Assembly (NCBI RefSeq): GCF_001194135.2
Contig: NC_068982.1
Span: forward strand, 104,908,991-104,972,990
Direction of reading: 5' to 3'
DNA from: Octopus bimaculoides
Lineage: Eukaryota
Length of the DNA: 64,000 nt
In this document: positions 37,517 to 51,046 of the stretch, piece after piece
Position numbering within the stretch: the stretch's first letter is position 1
Layout: each line of letters starts with the position of its first letter
The notes under the pieces: model-generated
Seen by the model: only the letters and a program-made list of their open reading frames with translations
The model's database searches: none
What the model was told of the DNA's origin: nothing
Program-made: the position numbers and the translations under genes

Positions 37517-37940
37517 ATGAAAATAATTTTAGAAATATTAAGACAGAGTAAAATAAGTTATTCAAGAAATTAGAGGAATCCTTTCAATATATGTAAGTCT
37601 TACTCTAATCTGACATGAAAATATTTAGTATTATAATCTCTTCGAAGAAGAGTAAATAGGAGAATATTATTAAAAGCAGCTTAGTGGAATTAATATAAAG
37701 AGAGGAGGGGGGGGGGGNNNNNNNNNNNNNNNNNNNNNNNNNNNNNNNNNNNNNNNNNNNNNNNNNNNNNNNNNNNNNNNNNNNNNNNNNNNNNNNNNNN
37801 NNNNNNNNNNNNNNNNNNNNNNNNNNNNNNNNNNNNNNNNNNNNNNNNNNNNNNNNNNNNNNNNNNNNNNNNNNNNNNNNNNNNNNNNNNNNNNNNNNNN
37901 NNNNNNNNNNNNNNNNNNNNNNNNNNNATGAGTGTGTGCA

Positions 37941-37972
<32 letters not shown>

Positions 37973-38031
37973 CGTGCGCGCGTGCGTGCGCGCGTGCGTG
38001 TGCGATAGAGAGAGAAGAAGAGAGAGAGAGA

Positions 38032-38077
<46 letters not shown>

Positions 38078-38577
38078 ATAATGACTTGGTAAAGCTTGAA
38101 ATTTTAAATCCACACTCTTACAAATATTGAGTAGTCTCCTGTTTAAAGAATTTGCATCACATTCAAGCAACACACACACTTTACACACCCACAAATAACT
38201 AGACAGATATACACACACTAATGTTTTAACATCAATTGGGAGAAGTTTAGCTTTTCCTAATGGAAGTAAGTTTGAAGAGATAATTTTGCTTTTCTTCTGA
38301 GAAATAGACGTCATTAAATATTTAGAATTCACTAATGGCTGAATGATAAATATATTGGTCAATTGATACAAAAGGTTATGAGTTCAAATTCTCCACGTTA
38401 TTACTGGTGTTATTATTTAGACCTACCTCAGACTTGATGGAGCACATTGGATCCTTACAATTTACTTTTAAGCAAAACAAATTACTTTAATAGTAGTTAA
38501 AATTGTAGAAAGCCAGTATATTGTAAACTGGAAATAAATAATACATAATATAAACAATAACACAAAAAAATGCTTAT

Positions 38578-39358
38578 ACTCTTTTACTCGTTTCAGTCAT
38601 TTGACTGTGGCCATGCTGGAGCACCGCCTTTAGTCGAGCAAATCGACCCCAGGACTTATTCTTTGTAAGCCTAGTACTTATTCTATTGGTCTCATCTGCC
38701 AAACCGCTAAGTTATGGGGGCATAAACACACCACCATCGGTTGTCAAGCGATGTTGGGGGGGACAAACACAGACACACAAACATATACATTTATATATAT
38801 ATACATATATACAACAGGCTTCTTTCAGTTTCCGTCTACCAAATCCACTCACAAGGCTTTGGTTGGCCCGAGGCTATAGCAGAAGACACTTGCCCAAGGT
38901 GCCACGCAGTGCGAATGAACCCGGAACCATGTGGTTGGTAAGCAAGCTACTTACCACACAACCANNNNNNNNNNTTCAGTCATTTGACTGTGGCCATGCT
39001 GGAGCACCGCCTTTAGTCGAGCAAATCGACCCCAGGACTTATTCTTTGTAAGCCTAGTACTTATTCTATTGGTCTCATCTGCCAAACCGCTAAGTTATGG
39101 GGGCATAAACACACCACCATCGGTTGTCAAGCGATGTTGGGGGGGACAAACACAGACACACAAACATATACATTTATATATATATACATATATACAACAG
39201 GCTTCTTTCAGTTTCCGTCTACCAAATCCACTCACAAGGCTTTGGTTGGCCCGAGGCTATAGCAGAAGACACTTGCCCAAGGTGCCACGCAGTGCGAATG
39301 AACCCGGAACCATGTGGTTGGTAAGCAAGCTACTTACCACACAACCACTCCTGCGCCT
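38578..39358 (-). mobile_element. Young family-A SINE represented twice across a 10-N gap (probably one locus)
   Basis: 38594-38964 and 38975-39345 appear identical by eye, including private variants (GCGAATGAACC, TCATCTGCC). Confidence 0.85.
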
Positions 39359-39710
39359 ATATACTTTTATTTTATATTTTAATATTTGGGGCTTAAAAGC
39401 TCTTTATCAAGTGAAAATGGAGGTGGATCTTACAATGTTTTGTTTAAACCACATTACTTAAATAGTGTTAGTATATCAAATTTAAACATACATTTTCCCC
39501 CTATATCTTGAGTACTTAAGCTTCCAAGCTGTGAAATACCTCTGGAAACAATGCATTCCAATGTTTAAATTTACAGACCTGCGCAAGCCACAGTGACTCC
39601 ATCTTCATCCTATTGTATAAATACCAGTGTTTTGCTTTCTAGCTTTCTATTTGATGGAAGTGCAATATATCATTGTGCATTCATGTCATGTGATTCTGTA
39701 TTTTCTCCTC

Positions 39711-40122
39711 TTTTTAGCCCCAACATTTGCAGTTATGATCTACATGTGTGTTCCACAATCTAAGGTCTACTTCTAGAACAACCCTTAAATAGATTTAACC
39801 CTTTAACATTCAGATCACAAAATCAAATGTAATGCTTATATATTCACATTGTTTTGAATTAATCTTGCATTATCTTGCAACTTTGAGATTTTGATGATGT
39901 AATGTTTATCATTAGGATGATATTGTAGGATAGGTGTAAGAGGCAAGATCTGGCTGGTTTGAACATAAAACAGATAGAATATTTGAACCCAATACGGCCA
40001 GATGATCCTTTTAAAATCCCAACTACGAGTACTGGCATGACTGTGGTGATGAAATTTGACATCATATGACTTGGTAGCATGTATCAAGCATCTACTAAAT
40101 GTTTTTCTGGTGGTTATTGAGT
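39711..40122. repeat. Local duplication, copy 2 (lacks about 45 bp, including the MITE right TIR)
   Basis: See 35423. The copy 2 junction reads GGCCAG|ATGATCCTTTT. Confidence 0.9.
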
Positions 40123-40489
40123 TGCAAGCAGGTATAGATGCTCTCTCAGCCCATCTACTCAAAATCTGAGAGAGATCAGCAAACTGGAGAGAGCTGAACC
40201 AGTACTTGGCTGGTACTCATTTCAACCAAATCGACAAGAGGAATATGAAATGAAAAAAAGATCTGACTGCTATTTCTAACCAGTCATGCAACCATAAGAG
40301 GCTCCCAATTTGATACAGGTTTGTGGGGTGTGTATTTACAAATAATTATATTTAAGTGTGTGTAATATTTTAAGTATCATATTTTGCTATGGTGCCTGTT
40401 ATTCAATTGCCAAAAAATTATGGAATTTTATCAAATGGAATAATGCCTCAGAATTTTTGAATGTGTATGCATATACACACACACACACG

Positions 40490-40760
40490 TGAGTAGCTGA
40501 ATGAGCGAGCATGTGAATGACTGAGGGAGTGAGTGAGAATAAGTGAATGAATGAGTGAGAGATTGAATGAACGCACAAGTGAAAGAATGAGGAAGTGAAT
40601 GAATGAACGAGTAAATGATATCTGTGAGAGAGAATGATATTTATGAGAGTTGATATTTATGAGGAAGAGAATAAGTATAATAATAATGGTAAGGATGACA
40701 ATAATGATGATGTTGGAAATGATGATGATGATGATGATGAGTTAGCTGATCTGAAAATGG
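40490..40760. repeat. Degenerate (GAAT)n followed by a (GAT)n-rich tract
   Basis: Direct read. It explains the Asp/Asn-rich pseudo-ORF. Confidence 0.8.
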
Positions 40761-41084
40761 ATATAATTTGTTCTTTAGTTACCAGTTTGTCCATCCTTGA
40801 TAATAACAGGATTCAACTTTGTATCATCTTAAAAGGTCCTACTGATCCAATTCGATGTCAAAATCAAACTACTCCTGACATTTAAAGACATCACTTGATA
40901 AGTAACCAACTATTCCCAGCAGAGATTGAACAGTACTATTAGCATTGCCATGCCACCCACTAAAGTCTGGATGCATGTATTCATTTTTGTTACATTCTTG
41001 ACATCTGTTAATGTTCCCCTCCAAGTTAAACCTTGTGAAATGAAAAAAGAAATTTGCATAAAAAAGTATTGCAAAACTCACTTT

Positions 41085-41380
41085 GCAACCATGTGGCTTT
41101 GGGTTCAGTCTCACTGCGCAACACCTTGGGCAAGTGTCTTCTACTGTAGCTCCGAACCTACCAATACCTTGTGAGTGAATCTGGAGATGTTGTGCGTGTG
41201 ATGTTTGTTCACCACCACTGCTTGACAATAGGTGTAACTTAGTGGCTTAAGAAAAGGGATCAATAGAACAAGTATCAAACTTAAAAATAAGTACTGGGGG
41301 TAAATTTGTTCCACTGAAACTCTTTGAGGTAGTGCTTCAGCATGGCCACAGTCCAATGACTGAAACAAGTAAAAGTTAAA
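41085..41380 (+). mobile_element. SINE family A, body variant 1 (decayed)
   Basis: Head, core and tail motifs as at 18052. Confidence 0.75.
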
Positions 41381-41547
41381 TGAGAGGTATCAACTGTCCT
41401 GGCTGATCAACTCATGAGAGTACAGTACAGTCAGCATTTGCAGGTGTGGATTCAGAACATGTACCATGCTTTTGCTAATTGTTTTGGGTGCCTGTGTCAG
41501 TGTGTCAGACACTGATACCATCCCAGCCCTTCATCCTTAATCTAGTG

Positions 41548-41873
41548 AAGAGGTTCTCAAACTTTTGACCCCCCCCCCATGGCCATATAACACCCTCAGC
41601 ACCCCCACCCCTATTTTTATGTATAAATGAATATTTTATATTTTACTAATTTATATATACTATGAATCATTTGACATTTAATATAATATATAATTTGTAT
41701 TTAATAATATAATAATATTATAAATTCATAGTGTCCCCCAATCCACTGTCTTCCTCCCAGTGCCTCTTTTTTCTCTACAGCCCCACTCTCCTGCACTTGG
41801 ACACTAGTGCCCACCTGGAACCTCTCAACGCCCACCAGAGGGGGGGGGGTAGCACCCACTTTGAGAACCTATG
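41548..41873. mobile_element. hAT (Charlie-like) MITE
   Basis: Ends are AAGAGGTTCTCAAAC and CTTTGAGAACCTATG (decayed CAGGGGTTCTCAAAC-type TIRs). The flanks ATCTAGTG and ATCTGTCC partly match an 8-bp NTCTAGAN-type TSD. Confidence 0.6.
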
Positions 41874-42567
41874 ATCTGTCCAGGATATGACAGCAGGATA
41901 AACACACACACACAGAGAAACCTGCATAAATACCCTGGTTAGTACTCATTGTAGCTGTGTAGACTGGAACAATGTAAAATGAAGGGTCTTGCTTCAAGAC
42001 ATAATATACTACCTGGTTCAGGGATTAAACCTATGGCCTTATGATTGTGAATCAAACAACCTAACATTAGGCCACATGTCTTAAATAATTAATGAGAAGT
42101 AATAGGTTTACTAGACCCAATTTACTAAGGTTAAAAAGGCCGGCATGATTCTGACAGATATCTAAAGTATTTGTCCAGTAATAGAATGACCCTGGCTTTA
42201 ACAATCTTTATCTTATCAAATCCAGTGAAGGAATAGAAAATTCTTTACATGTCTATCTGACATGTAAATCTTTGTAATTCCTATTAGCAAGTGAAACACG
42301 TATAATGGAGAATAATTATTACCAAAAACTTTCCATTTTCCTGTTTTATTATTCATAAATATATATATACATACACACACCCGTAAACAACAACAAAACC
42401 TAGCATGTCAAAACTTTGAATTCACTGCACTGTCGCCCCTCTACTTGCAAAAAGTATAATAAATATGTATCGTACAAAAAGTACCGAGTAATTTTTCAGT
42501 TTGATGTCAATTTTTATATCCACTTTCCATTCAGCCATGGCTTGGAGTCAGTTATTTGCCTTTTTAA

Positions 42568-42754
42568 CCTTTTCAGTAACAAAACTGCCTGTGATCAGCC
42601 TGAATTTTACATTACAAACTTTGTGTTTTAAAGAGGTCTAAATTAAAAGCTTTCCTTTAATAATTACAAAGTTATTTTTCTAAATTTTCAATTATTTTCA
42701 AAATTATCTGAAATAAAGACAGCATATTTCAACAGAAATTTGGTAGAAAAAGGG
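42568..42754. mobile_element. Degenerate piggyBac-type MITE related to 15738-15958
   Basis: TTAA|CCTTTTCAGTAAC ... GGTAGAAAAAGGG|TTAA, with a 3' interior similar to the 15738 copy. Confidence 0.6.
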
Positions 42755-43507
42755 TTAAAATGGGAGGATCATGTCTAGTTCATGTTTGTCCATGTTAGAA
42801 ACATAAAACCAGTAGAGCAACCAACAAAACTGACATTATGGGGTTTAATTATCTCTCTTTACATTCCAAGTTCAAATTGCATTGAAATCAATATTTCATC
42901 CTTAAGGAATCAATAAAATAAGCTCCAGGCAGATGATTTGTGAACCTTGTGTCCATATTAAACATCATTAATTATCAATAATTACCCAATAACTGTTTAT
43001 CCCCATGTTGGTTGGTTGGATGGATATGCCATTCAACAACTGTGTATAAGTGACTAGTTACATATGTATCAAACTTTGTATATGATTTTAGACCTATATA
43101 TTTGTATTAAATACTACAAAAGTTGACATTTGTCATCTAATGAAGGCATAAAGTTGTAGTTCCAAATGATTTCCAAGTAAAAGGGATAGGAGCATGAGAT
43201 TTATGCCCATCCTAATGGTATTAATGGAGTACATGAAAGGAAATAATTATGTTCATTAATCAAAATTAGATTGCTGATTAGGATGCACAAATTATCAGCA
43301 TTACAACCTAAGTTAATACCATACTAAATTCAAACAGGTTAACTAGACATTAATTTTATATTTATGTATACATATATACATACACACTCACACATGCATA
43401 CACATTCACATATTTACACATATACCTCTCTGTATGTCTCCCTCACACACATACATATATATACACACACATTTAAACACTCATACATACACATATATAC
43501 ATATGTA

Positions 43508-44795
43508 TCAGGTCATCCCATAAGTTCTGTCCGAATTTTGAATAACAAAAACAAGTGATCAAATGTTATATTTAATTGAAATTTAATCATCAATGTACTT
43601 TCCCTGATTATCTATGACTTCCTTCCATCTATTTACAAACTTTTTAATCTCATCAATGCAAAACTCTTTTGGTTTCAAAGCGAAGAGCTCTGAAATGTCA
43701 GATTCGACCTCCTCCTGGCTTGCGAAAGTTATGTCCCCCAAATGATTCTGTAAACTACGAAACAAATGGTAGTCTGAAGGAGCAAGGTTAGAAGAATAAG
43801 GTGGATGAGGAATTTTTTCCCAACCAAGCTCTTTGATCTTCTGTGATGTGATCTTTGCAGTGTGAGGTCGTGCATTATCCTGATGAAACATCACTCTTTT
43901 TCGATTCACTAAAGCGGGTCTTTTTTCTTCAAAGCATGGTTCAAACTCTCTAATTGCTGACAGTAGACTTGAGCATTGATTGTTGCATTACGTGGTAACA
44001 ATTCAAAGTGAATTACTCCTTTGGAATCCCATCAGATAAAGAGAAGAACTTTTTTCCCATGAAGTTCCCTTCTCGGTTGTGGTTGAGCTTTTTCCCTTTT
44101 ACCAAGCCACTGTTCATGACATTTAACATTTCGATAGAAGATCCATTTTTAGTCACTAGTCACAAGTCTATCCAAAAAAGGTAAAATGAGTTTGCAAGAA
44201 TGGAGAGAAGAGCAGATGTCAACTTAGGATTTGCAGTTGCTTTCGGACAATTCATGAGGCACCCATTTTCCAAGTTTAGGAACTTTTCCAAGTTGTTGAA
44301 GATGACAATGAACAGTTGTATGGTTTGAACTAAGCTTTATTGCCAATTCTTCAACTGATAATGCAGGATTTTCTTCAAGTAATGCCTCAAAGAGCTTATC
44401 ATCACATTCAACTGGACGTCCTGTTCGATCTTCACCTTCAAGGCTGAAATCTCCACTTCTGAATTTTGCAAACCATCTTTGGCAAGTTCTTTCATTCAAG
44501 CATTCTTTCCCATAAACTGAGTGTATGTTTCGAGTCGCTTCGGCTGCAGAGTTTCCTTTTTTTGTACTCATAAAGCATTATGTGCCTTAAATGCTCTTTA
44601 AATACTTCCATGTTAGAAAGGGTTTTAATCAAAGAAATTTTTATTCTATTATTCTGTAAAATAATATTTAATTAGTTTAAATGTACACAAATGCATAAAA
44701 ATAATTTTTAATTCCATTAGACATTCTAAAATACTATTAAATTTCATTCAATTTTAAAAAAGGTAAAATCGGACGGAACTAATGGGATGACCTGA
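43508..44795 (-). mobile_element. Full-length (1288 bp) mariner transposon
   Basis: 27-bp TIRs TCAGGTCATCCCAT(A/T)AGTTC(T/C)GTCCGA match at 25 of 27 positions, with a TA duplication at 43506-07 and 44796-97. Confidence 0.97.
43583..44611 (-). pseudogene. Mariner D,D34D transposase pseudogene
   Basis: MEVFKEHLRHIMLYEYKK(+1 frameshift)GNSAAEAT...WVPHEL...VTSD*KW...HQDNARPH-x34-D (YSSNLAPSDY)...GKYIDD*. It has three in-frame stops and one frameshift. Confidence 0.95.
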
Positions 44796-45339
44796 TATAT
44801 ATGTGTATATATACATATGTATAAATACACATATATGTGACAAGGCTGACCCTTTGAATTACAGACAGAGTTCATGTGACAAGTTGCCACAGTTTCTGCA
44901 AATCCATTTTCACTCACATGGTAAAAAGAGATCTAAAAGTATGGTGAAAGATGTTTGCACAAGACACCATGTTGCAGGATTGAACTTGGAGCTTCACGAT
45001 TTCAATGTGACCTTAACCACTTAGCCATACTTGCATTGAAACACAAACACTTATGCCAGCACACACAAACACATGTATACACACATGCATACACTCTGTA
45101 AAATGGTTGGCATTGGGACGGATATCCTGCCATAGAAACTGTGCCAAATCAGACAATGGAGCCTGGCTCAATCCTGTGGCTAACCATCATCATCGTTTAA
45201 TGTCCACTTCAACTCCCATTAAATCATCCAACCCAATCCAGTATGAAAAACGGACATTAAATGATGCTGATGGTGATGATACACATGCACATATACATGT
45301 ACATACGTACACTCATATAGTTATATGCACATGTTATAT

Positions 45340-45830
45340 AAGAAGAAAATTGTAGAGAAAAAGTTCAGAGAGCTGCATACATGTGAACATGAGTATGTGG
45401 ATATATACAGGTGTATTCTTTTGGAGTGAAGGGCAGTTGGTCGTGTAAAGTGTGTGATATTGCATGGTAGTGAAACATCAGTATTGAATGCAGATAATGT
45501 GCAAAGGCTGGAAAGAAACAAGATAAGCATGCTCAGCTAGATGCATAATTTTAGTGTGCACAAATGACAAGGCACAGAAAAGCTGACTGAAGGAAAAAAA
45601 AAAAAGAGTATGAGAGCAATCAAATGTAATGTGCAAGAAGAGAGAAGGACTGTGCTGATAGGGCGATGTGATGCATATGGAGGATAACAGTTGGATACCA
45701 AAAAGAAGGCGAAAAAAGAAAGCAAGATGTGATCCAAGTAGAAGGAACCTTCAGAGAAGAGAAAGACTGAGGAAGAGACATGGGAAGAAAAGGTGAAGTC
45801 TGATCTCGGGAAGCTGGATGACAAAGCATT
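45340..45830 (+). mobile_element. Highly degenerate RTE LINE ORF2 C-terminal relic
   Basis: Fragments ILHGSETSVLNADNVQRLERNKISML and ...VMHMEDNSW match the RTE LHGSETW and GHV.RM regions. Confidence 0.55.
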
Positions 45831-45919
45831 GCAACATGTGATAAGATGTTGTGTTGGGGAAAAGTTGTCCAACTCATATAAGCTTATGAAAACAACTATA
45901 AAATTATGGTGATTTTATA

Positions 45920-45994
<75 letters not shown>

Positions 45995-46484
45995 NNNNNN
46001 NNNNNNNNNNNNNNNNNNNNNNNNNNNNNNNNNNNNNNNNNNNNNNNNNNNNNNNNNNNNNNNNNNNNNNNNNNNNNNNNNNNNNNNNNNNNNNNNNNNN
46101 NNNNNNNNNNNNNNNNNNNNNNNNNNNNNNNNNNNNNNNNNNNNNNNNNNNNNNNNNNNNNNNNNNNNNNNNNNNTATATATATATTTTTTTTTAATTTA
46201 TTTTTTTTTATTTTTTAAGTTTCAGCTTAGAGCTGCGGCCATGCTGATGCACCACCGTATATATATATATATATATATATAATACATATGTATACATGTA
46301 TACACATGCATGCATACAAAGACATATGTACATATGCAAATGTGTATGAATACATAACCATATACACAGATATATGTATAAACACTATAAACAAATAGAT
46401 ACATGCATATTCATCACGTGATATGTATATAATTATTCACACTTATATACTTTTTATCTATCATAGTTCTCCAGGTCATACCAG

Positions 46485-47035
46485 ATGAATTAAAACTGGA
46501 TGCCCATGGGAACTACTATATGCTGATGATGTTGTTCTTATTGCAGAATCTGAAGCAGAATTGGAGAAGTTCAGGGTTTGGAAGCAAAACCTGGAATCAA
46601 AAGGCCTTAAAGTTAACTTAGCTAAGACTAAAGTTGTAAGCGAGAAAGGAGATAAGACTCTCATTCCGGCTGGCAAATGTTCAATATGTAGGAAAGGAGT
46701 GGGATGTAATTCCATTTGCTGCACCAAGTGTAACCTATAGATGCATAAGAAATGCAGTAGAATCGTGGGAAGATTATCAGATAAGGTTGCTTTTGTGTGT
46801 GGTAGATGTGCAGGAACAGTAAGAACTAAGAGCACGAGGGACTTAAACTTTCTCAAATGCCCAGGAGACTCTTTTGAGGTAGTAGATAGTTTCTGCTATT
46901 TAGGTGACCAAATTAGTAACAGTGATGGATGCTCTGAAAGTATTGTTTCTAGAATAAGAATAGAGTGGAGGAAGTTCAGTGAACTACTACCTCTGTTGGT
47001 AGCAAAAGGACTCTCCGTCAGAGTGAATAGTCTGC
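46485..47035 (+). mobile_element. RTE LINE RT fragment with PHD-like finger
   Basis: One frame with one stop: GCPWELLYADDVVLIAESEAELEKFRVWKQNLESKGLKVNLAKTKVV...CSIC...CTKCNL*MHKKC...CGRC...EVVDSFCYLGDQIS...WRKFSELLPLL. YADD is at 46519-46530. Confidence 0.92.
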
Positions 47036-47059
47036 CGTATCCGCCGCCCTTTCTTCTAT

Positions 47060-47510
47060 AGGCATGAAGTCTGAAATTTTAGAGGTAGAGGTTAGTTGAT
47101 TACATCAACCCCAGTCTCTGACTGGTAATTCTTTTATTGACTCTGAAAGGATGAAAGGCAAAGCCAACTTCAATAGTATTTGAACTCAGAACATAAAGAC
47201 AGATGAAATGCCATTAAGTATTCTGTCCAGCATGCTCAATAACAACAACAACAACAACAATAGTAACAATAATAATAATAGTAATCCTTTCTACTGAAGG
47301 CACAAGGCCTGAAATTTTTTTGGGGGAGGGGACTAGTTGATTACATCAACCCCAGTGTTTCACTGGTACTTAATTTATCGACCCTGAAAGGATGAAAGGC
47401 AAAGTCAACCTCAACGGAATTTGAACTCAGAATTCTAGTGATGGGTAAAAAACTGCTAAGCATTTCATCCAGCTTGCTGCCTTAATAATAATCCTTTCTA
47501 CTGAAGCTTG
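47060..47510 (-). mobile_element. Tandem family-B SINE copies
   Basis: Two near-complete units plus a stub, separated by (CAA)n/(TAA)n. Confidence 0.85.
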
Positions 47511-48319
47511 CTGTCTTAAATAATAATAATAATAATAAACATACAGAACACTGAAAACAACAAAAAAATTATCCTCCCTCTTGCAACAAGGCAAAATATA
47601 TGTAGCATACACAGAATTCCACATCTACAAAAAAAACATGCTGCACACATTTCAGATGTGCATTTGGTGATGCAGTATAAATTTGTAGGTAGGAAGCAAT
47701 AATTTGAAACAAATTTTTTTTTCCTATTTATGCAGAAAACTATCTCTCACAGAAGATATGACTGTCACATTGATTGTCCACTGAGCACTATAAATGAAGA
47801 AGTCTCAAAATAAAGATAGGTAGTGTTAACAAAGGATAGTTGCGTCTTAGATCATCAAAATCCTTTGAGAATGTTGCCATCCAATGCAATCATAAGATAA
47901 AGAAAAGAAGACTTGATAAAAAAAAAAGATAAGTGTCTGTGAATTAAATGATATTGTAATATCTGGAGAGAAAACTAGTTAAAGAACAAGAAAAAAGTTA
48001 TCAAGATTCTTGCAAACATGTGGTCACTAAGTGATTAAACAAGAATGTAAACTAATATATAGAGCAGAATGACCCTAAAAAATTAGGGGGGAAATACAAC
48101 AAAAGACAAAAGAAAAAAACAACAAAAAAACTACTTAATTAGAAACAAAATACTAAGAGATCTGAATACAGCAGGAAGTAGTATAAACATAAAAGGCTTT
48201 AGGACACAAAATTACTTGTAATTTACTCCTAAATGTAACAAACTCTAGTATTAGATTCTTGAACTGGGGAAGATGATAATGGTTTCTTTTGATGATGATA
48301 ATGATGGTGATGATAACAA

Positions 48320-48592
48320 TAATTGTTTCTAGCATAGTCACAAGACCTGAAGTCTAAGGGAGGAATTACTTGGTTAAATTGACTCCCAGTACTTGACTTG
48401 TTGATTTATCAACCCTTGAAAGGATAGTTGATTACATCAACCTCAGTACTTGACTGGTACTTTATTTCATCAACCCCCGGAGGGATGAAAGAAAACTGAC
48501 CTCAGCAGCATTTGAACACATAATCTAAAGAGCTATAATTAAATACTTTAAGATATTTTGTTACTCTAATGATTCTGACAATCCACCATTCC

Positions 48593-48637
<45 letters not shown>

Positions 48638-48930
48638 GATTTGTGATTTAGGCAACAGTGCCAGCAATTTTGAAGGTAGGAGTTAGTCAATTACATCAAC
48701 TCCCTTTATTTGACTGGTGTTTTATTTTATCAACTCTGAAAGGATGGAAGGTATCTGTAATGACACTTTATGTACTGAATTAAAATCCTGCAATATATTT
48801 TTGTTTTCACACTCTTATGATTCTGCCAATCCACTGTCTTTAAAAAGGCAAAGTTAATTTTGGCTGGATTTGAACTCAGAACATAAAAAACCGGGTCAAA
48901 TTTCACAAGGCATTTTGCCCTATGTTCTAA
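48320..48930 (-). mobile_element. Tandem, partly rearranged family-B SINE copies
   Basis: The core GATTACATCAACC.CAGT...ACTGGTAC...GAAAGGATG repeats 3-4 times around (TAA)n. Confidence 0.75.
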
Positions 48931-50492
48931 TGATTTTTTCAATCTACTTCCTAATAATGAGAATAATAATAAATGCACTCTGAAAAAATTCACTCATGGC
49001 TCTTAATATTTTGTATGTTGGAGTAATCTACTCATTCCCTTTCTCTTTTAAACACTTGATATGTTTAATTAACCTTCTATGCACAAGACACATTTAACAA
49101 CTTACTCAGGTTTCAGTCAATATATTGACAAGCATTGTCAACAAGAAGCTTCAAAGCTAAAACTTTTCAAAGAGAACTTTTTTTAAGATGAAGCATTCTT
49201 TTTATTTTCTCTATTGTATTTATGTTTCATATTTATTTTTTTGGTTTCTTTTTGCTTTTTCAGGAAAGAAATTCTAATATCCAGATGGTTCCAAGTATTC
49301 GAAGAACAAACATCTTAATGATAGTCATTTAACCCCAACCTGCAAAACAAAACTAGCAGCATGAAACTCCAGCTATTAACATCCCTACACAGTATATATG
49401 GGCCTGGTGCAGCCTCCTGGCTTCCCAGACCCCAGTTGAACCATCCAACCCATGCCAGCATGGAAAACGGATGTTAAATGATGATGATGATCATCATCAT
49501 CATCTTTTAATGTCCATGTTCCATGCTGGCATCCAGCTGTAGAGACCATGCCAAAGCAGGCAATGGAGTCTGGTACAGCTCCTGGACTAGCCAGCTCTTG
49601 TTAAACTGTCCAACCCATGCCAGCATGGAAAAACAGAAGTTAAATGATAATGAGGATGATGATTCACACTTGGAGTGTTTAACAAGAAATTTAATATTAA
49701 TTAGAGCTATGACAATATCAATGTAAAGAAACTAGAATGAAATGGTACAATTTAGAATATACATCATACAAAACATACATATATAATAGCTTAATCCCAG
49801 ACATAATATTATGTTTTGATGGGTCATGACCAGATTACATCAGCCAGAATTGAAACTCAGTGATTTCTATTGATATTCTTTTATGTAAGTATGTATGTGT
49901 GTGTGTGTGTGTGTGTGTGTATAAACCTTATTATTTCTAAATCTCTCAGAGATATTCAGTAACAGTACTTTAAAGTAAAGACTATTTGCCAACATAATGT
50001 GGCAGTCCACACACACACACACACAGAAGGTGACTGAAAAGTAATATCCTATTTTAAAATACTTATAAATTATATATTAATTGTAATTTTTTAAACAATT
50101 CTTTGTGTTCGCTTTTTGAAGTATAAATAAAACCTCGTACTAAACGCTTTCCTCTCATATCCATTTTTTTGGGGGAAAAATTACAATTAATAAATAATTT
50201 CCAAGTATTTTAAAACAGGGAGTTACTTTTCATTAGTGTGTACACATGCATCATCATCATTTTGATGTCCTCTTCTCCATAATTGCATGAGTCAGATGGA
50301 ATCTACTAGCGTAGATTTCCTACAGCCCAATGTCTTTCCTGCTGCCAACACTTTTCTGTTTCCAAGGAAGGTAACATTTCCCCTTGGCCAGACATGATTT
50401 AGCAGAATATTAGAAATGAATGACACAGCTTGCATGACAGTGGCACCCATTTACAACTATTATGCAATGTGAAGACAAGGAGACACAGACAT

Positions 50493-50537
<45 letters not shown>

Positions 50538-51011
50538 GTTCAAGTTTATAGAAATCAAAATACAAAGACAGGTGAAGGGACAACAAGCAGGTGTATTGGG
50601 AAGAATGGAAAAGCCTTTGATGTATCAAGCCTATACTTTTCAGTAGAATGGATTGAGAAAAAACGGAGAGAGAAAAAAATGTGTTGGGTTTATTGGTTCA
50701 TGTATGTATACATACGTACATACACACAATGGTGGGTTTCTTTCAGTTTCCATTAACAAAATCCACTCACAAGGCTTGGGTTGGCTTGGAACTACGGAAG
50801 AAGACACTTGTTCAAGGTGCCAGGCATTAGGACTGAAGCCAAAACCATATGATTTGGAAGTAGACTTCATAACCACATAGCCATGCCTGCACCTAAATAT
50901 GTATACACACACATCTATATGTACATAAATATGTAAACATACTTGTACACACAAACATACACACACATCTGGGACACCATATCTTTGCATAAAATTAACC
51001 AAAACAAATGC

Positions 51012-51046
<35 letters not shown>

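Noticed and set aside
38578-39358. Tandem SINE duplication as a biological event
   Set aside because: The copies look identical and are separated by a 10-N placeholder gap, so this is most likely an unmerged contig overlap.
43508-44795. Fanzor/TnpB cargo in the mariner or Helitron elements
   Set aside because: The mariner is fully occupied by its transposase, and no RuvC or zinc-ribbon motif set was recognised near any element.
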